Shown here: positions 61,901 to 64,000 of the stretch, one piece after another
Position numbering within the stretch: position 1 is the first letter of the stretch
How the letters are laid out: each line of letters opens with the position of its first letter
Source of the DNA: Chrysomallon squamiferum
Taxonomy: Eukaryota; Animalia; Mollusca
DNA: 64,000 nucleotides
NCBI GenBank assembly: GCA_012295275.1
Contig: CM022675.1
Location: 9,052,001-9,116,000, forward strand
Reading direction: 5' to 3'
Notes under the pieces: model-generated
Seen by the model: only the letters and a program-made list of their open reading frames with translations
Database searches by the model: none
What the model was told of the DNA's origin: nothing
Program-made: the position numbers and the translations under genes

Positions 61901-63638
61901 TACTAATACAAAAGTCAGGGGAAATAACTGGTCAGTATATACATATAGAACTAATTAAGATTGAAGCAGATTTAAAACTTGAAGTTTGAATTCTAAAATA
62001 CCTTTTACTCCACGTAACTGCTTCTTTTTTCTCTGACATAATCATCTCGTAATATGTCAAGAGGTTGTTGTAGATGTAGTGAAATGTCGTAATGGACAAT
62101 GTCTCACTGAAAATTTTTATATTTTAAAATATGTCAATAATTCAATTAAACTTATTGCAAAGGTTAAATATCAATTTTCTTTCAGTGTGAAAAATAAATA
62201 TATATTCAGCAACAGCAGACAGTTTATTTTTTTATTTATTTTAAAGATCTTTTGTTATTGTTTTTATTTTATCCCTTTTTTGTTTTTTTTTAAATAATGT
62301 AAATAAATTTGGTCTATTTAAGAACCTTAAAAATTATTTTGATTTCTTATTTTTAAATTCTAGTAAATCAACAAAAATTTGTGGAACAAATCATCTTGTA
62401 CACAATGTAGTCAGGGGAGATAAATCAGTACCTGACAAGATCAACTCTTTTGCTATGAAGACGACAAAACTCCATGAAGAAGCGCATGGCCCACAAGTAA
62501 TATGTCTCATCGTGATCCTGGGTCTTTTCTCTCACCAGATTATCCTGTTTGAAAAAAAAAAAATTAAATTTTAAATTATGTTTTTATTACAGAATATTAA
62601 CAAATTACCCTGAGATTTAAAATAAAATCATAATAACAGAATCATGACAGCATCCTAGTATTTTTAAAATGTATCTTCTTTTTTTACTTTGTTATTGATT
62701 AAAATATCTTGATAAAAAAATATAACAAAATTAGTACACAGAATATATTTAGACTACTTCAGCATGTATCAACAGGCACACTTTAAGAATTTTTTTATTA
62801 AATACATTTTAAAACAAACTAAAAATTCACAAGTAATTTATATATATATTTTTTTAAATCTCACCTTCACAGCAAACATGAGAGGGTTGTAGCAGTTTTC
62901 CAAAACTGTACAATGAATTCTTTGAGACAAAGTCTAATGCTAAGAGTCGAACGCCGATGAACTTCTGTGTCTTTGATAGGTGCTAAGTGTTTGGCCTTCT
63001 TGTGGTATTTCTTGTTGAAGTCGAGGGACAGGTTCTCTATGTCTCCCTGTGACTTGTGGTAAATCATATCTTTGTCACTGATCGACTTCATATTGACTAC
63101 AACATACGTGCCTCCAAACCTAGAATGCCTGGTAAGCAAAAAAAATAAATAAATAAATAAATAAATAAATAAAATATTTAATAAATAATTAAAAAAATAT
63201 TTGTGTGTGTGTGTGTGTATATATATATATTATTTTAAATACAAAACCAAAAATAAATTGCCAATAACCAAATCAAGAATGTCTGGCAATAAAATTTTAA
63301 AATTTATTATTTTAAATACAAATATATGTCAGAGGCAACTTAGAAAATAAAAAGTAAATAAAGGAAAAACAGAAAAATCAAAACGTAATATCTGAATAAA
63401 TGAGAGAAATGCTAGTCTGTTTTTCTCTGCTTCTCATTTTTTAATTTCCTTATCTTTTCTGAGTGTCCTTCTTTTCCTAAAATTTTGTAATCTCCACTTC
63501 ATTATATAAAATATTGAAAATTTTGAAAATGTCTTGTACTTCAATATAAAAAAGAAATAATTAATGTACCTTGTATTGTGTTTCAGCATGTTCATCTTTC
63601 TCTCTCTTTGTTCCTTTAACCGAACTCGTTCCAGTTCT
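36028..63638 (-). CDS. TIMELESS: Protein timeless homolog (TIM2/Timeout, replication fork protection complex subunit), 5'-partial, 30 exons in window
   Basis: Hand-spliced GT-AG exons: 63570-63638, 62865-63128, 62432-62544, 62002-62106, 61371-61474, 60987-61065, 60453-60577, 59795-59954, 59382-59462, 58798-58895, 51776-51835, 51364-51433, 49878-50085, 49063-49202, 48226-48311, 47509-47641, 45909-45982, 45028-45255, 44190-44399, 43355-43473, 42497-42834, 41950-42081, 41526-41642, 40961-41077, 40408-40524, 39479-39595, 38930-39061, 37877-38014, 36479-37204, 36028-36152. Phases join consistently except for two 1-bp breaks (~62903, ~36622). Peptides match vertebrate TIMELESS as recalled: [93 protein letters not shown], acidic C-terminus RKCIESDDDDD*. 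Confidence 0.95.
36480..37105 (-). repeat. 30-bp coding minisatellite (SEGHTQDKSD-type decapeptide, ~20 units) in the penultimate TIMELESS exon
   Basis: Plus-strand unit gaccttcactatcactcttatcttgagtat. ORF 36619..37191 reads (SEGHxxDKSD)n, bounded by an acceptor at 37205 and a GTAAGT donor at 36478. Confidence 0.85.
38880..42160 (-). repeat. TIMELESS: Tandem exon-plus-intron duplication array in TIMELESS: six intact symmetric phase-2 exons (132,117,117,117,117,132 bp) plus one exon-less unit
   Basis: Near-identical exons at 41950-42081, 41526-41642, 40961-41077, 40408-40524, 39479-39595 and 38930-39061. Each encodes ..IKSASKKKNKKSSKLKR(V/L)(I/V)DSDDE with a GTGA donor. The flanking intron sequence repeats with a ~400-570 bp unit. 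Confidence 0.92.
42497..44399 (-). CDS. TIMELESS: TIMELESS exons encoding the PARP1-binding (PAB) domain and basic tail
   Basis: Exons 44190-44399, 43355-43473 and 42497-42834 give [40 protein letters not shown]...PPSNEQEAFWRIPTDLSVTDLR, which aligns with the recalled human PAB domain. Confidence 0.88.
49878..50085 (-). CDS. TIMELESS: TIMELESS exon ([39 protein letters not shown]...)
   Basis: Canonical splice sites, phase 2 to 0. Matches the conserved NSxHTNHCxxKMLHRxAxDL block. Confidence 0.92.
54384..56900 (+). CDS. Single-coding-exon leucine-rich-repeat type I transmembrane protein (2mit-like architecture), nested antisense in a TIMELESS intron
   Basis: 838-aa ORF with a signal peptide (MEVNLQVVVIFFFICVVCVSG), LRRNT (CPEICTCSNKKVNC), ~16-17 LxxLxLxxNxI repeats and an LRRCT-like cap (GNEWHCD...IFCSSP). 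These are followed by a Thr/Lys-rich stalk, a TM helix (IAVIATCVSVVTIIIVIVVAVVV) and a Tyr-containing cytoplasmic tail. It lies within TIMELESS intron 51836-58797. Confidence 0.93.
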   Translation: MKIISSTMEVNLQVVVIFFFICVVCVSGCPEICTCSNKKVNCYGKQLREIPKDIPGDTMTLDLRNNKIDHIDPSSFKNLEKLNELLLKYNEITSLEPGTFKYLKNLKNIDLGTNSIKVIKPGVFSGLVNLKGMDLSENFIVDINDSFQNLPLLERLDLGNNQIKSINGMAFNDLKNLIYLVIPKNNITKIDRFVFRPLQKLSSIILTKNPLKNANAIFARNRLLAYIDLTDCALTRIPTKLPASVQYLQLRNNNITRIRKNAFAKNRLLGILVLDQNQISVIEKGAFSSLKFLQELWLNDNRLKEFPSPLPLSVKSVYLSKNKINAVSKDDFPVDSQLKKLSLKSNEITDLKPNTFQELKNLQILFLNQNKISNLKNLTFAGLNQLSNLTLSKNFLTNIEKDAFLGLQSLAELQLAFIPEVDPPMKIHGNIFSNIPNVTFIDLQFSPSLAREAVTSDMLSALPKLVEINLMDNNLKTMSPEMETYMENVTAIKIAGNEWHCDQNLLFLKKWIKKNPRRFFLFSQIFCSSPDSLRGKRIIKLEDDEFVAVTQFPQQTTSATTTVPTRATTTTRKTKVKKSTTKRSIPTTKMSTQKVSTYKTTPMKAKYTSTVPTTKVTMVSKMMNQTRSDERGTTVKIYTRKLYMKTTMPTKGRPKSATTGSTTTYGINSNVTDNNNNNKTESFSTSKEEETTKNVSSKATVENTSNSTGKKMFDTVPEIGGGKKQDDEEINSNSTKQEELSPEEGKTKPPGNHNTKIAVIATCVSVVTIIIVIVVAVVVHRQYRKNKLVYHRALQYRQDYTNVTFFVGEPVNTNNETDLITKPKPRKRSDRGFDLINN
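58720..58823. repeat. 48-bp tandem duplication of a TIMELESS exon end plus splice donor
   Basis: aataaataacctacttggtaagtttgtcatgaaaatttc occurs twice, 48 bp apart (aacctac at 58743 and 58791). Confidence 0.9.
62865..63128 (-). CDS. TIMELESS: TIMELESS exon (RHSRFGGTY...), contains an apparent 1-bp deletion
   Basis: AG acceptor at 63129-63130 and GT donor at 62863-62864. ORF track 62867..63139 gives [26 protein letters not shown]...RRSTLSIRLCLKEF. The last 14 codons (LENCYNPLMFAVK) read only after adding one base. Confidence 0.9.
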
Positions 63639-64000
63639 CTGGAAAAAAAGAAGTAATGTTAAAAAAAAAAAAAAAATTAAATAAAAATAAATATATAAAT
63701 AAATAAAATTAAAATGAATAAATGTTAATAAATAAATCAAATGAAAAGGATATTTGATAAAATAAACAACAAAACCATCCCACTAAATAAAAAAATAGAG
63801 AGACATCACAGTTAATTAAAAGAAAGTTAATGAATAAAAGTAAAACAAAAGTTCTTAAATATATAATTCTTCAAATTAAAAAACAATTACTTTATAATTA
63901 TTTAAGTCAGTATCAAATAATCCTTTACATTTCCACATAACAGAATACTCACATTTCAAACTGGTGTTAAGAAAAATATAATTTAAAAATTAAAAAAGAA

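Noticed and set aside
36028-63638. Calling TIMELESS a pseudogene, or the circadian insect-type tim1
   Set aside because: Only two isolated 1-bp breaks occur among 30 otherwise intact exons, and the motifs and PAB domain match the TIM2/vertebrate type.
63945-63965. Possible 8-nt TIMELESS micro-exon (CAG|TTTGAAAT|GTGAGT)
   Set aside because: Too short, and the upstream exon is outside the window, so it cannot be supported.

Overview
AT-rich, microsatellite-dense animal genomic DNA with GT-AG spliced genes. A gastropod mollusc is plausible from the recalled repeat types, but this is inference. No prokaryotic features, CRISPR arrays, rRNA or true tRNA genes were seen. Three genes can be read. 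(1) The 3' ~three quarters of TIMELESS (tim2/timeout type) on the minus strand, with 30 exons from 63638 to a stop at 36028. It carries a tandem array of six duplicated symmetric exons, a 30-bp coding minisatellite and two 1-bp frame breaks that are probably assembly errors. (2) An uninterrupted 838-aa LRR/Thr-rich/transmembrane receptor ORF (54384-56900, + strand) nested antisense in the largest TIMELESS intron. This mirrors the Drosophila tim2/2mit host-nested arrangement and is the most interesting observation. (3) A C7orf31/SPMIP4-like (DUF4555) ciliary/sperm microtubule protein gene on the minus strand (17201-23783, probable first coding exon 33448-33578). The first ~16 kb holds promoter-like islands, possible 5' exons of a gene leaving the window, and several minisatellites. 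A heavily diverged ~55-80 bp TTAAAGG-anchored array lies at 30.4-32.0 kb. All family assignments come from recalled protein motifs, not from database searches.
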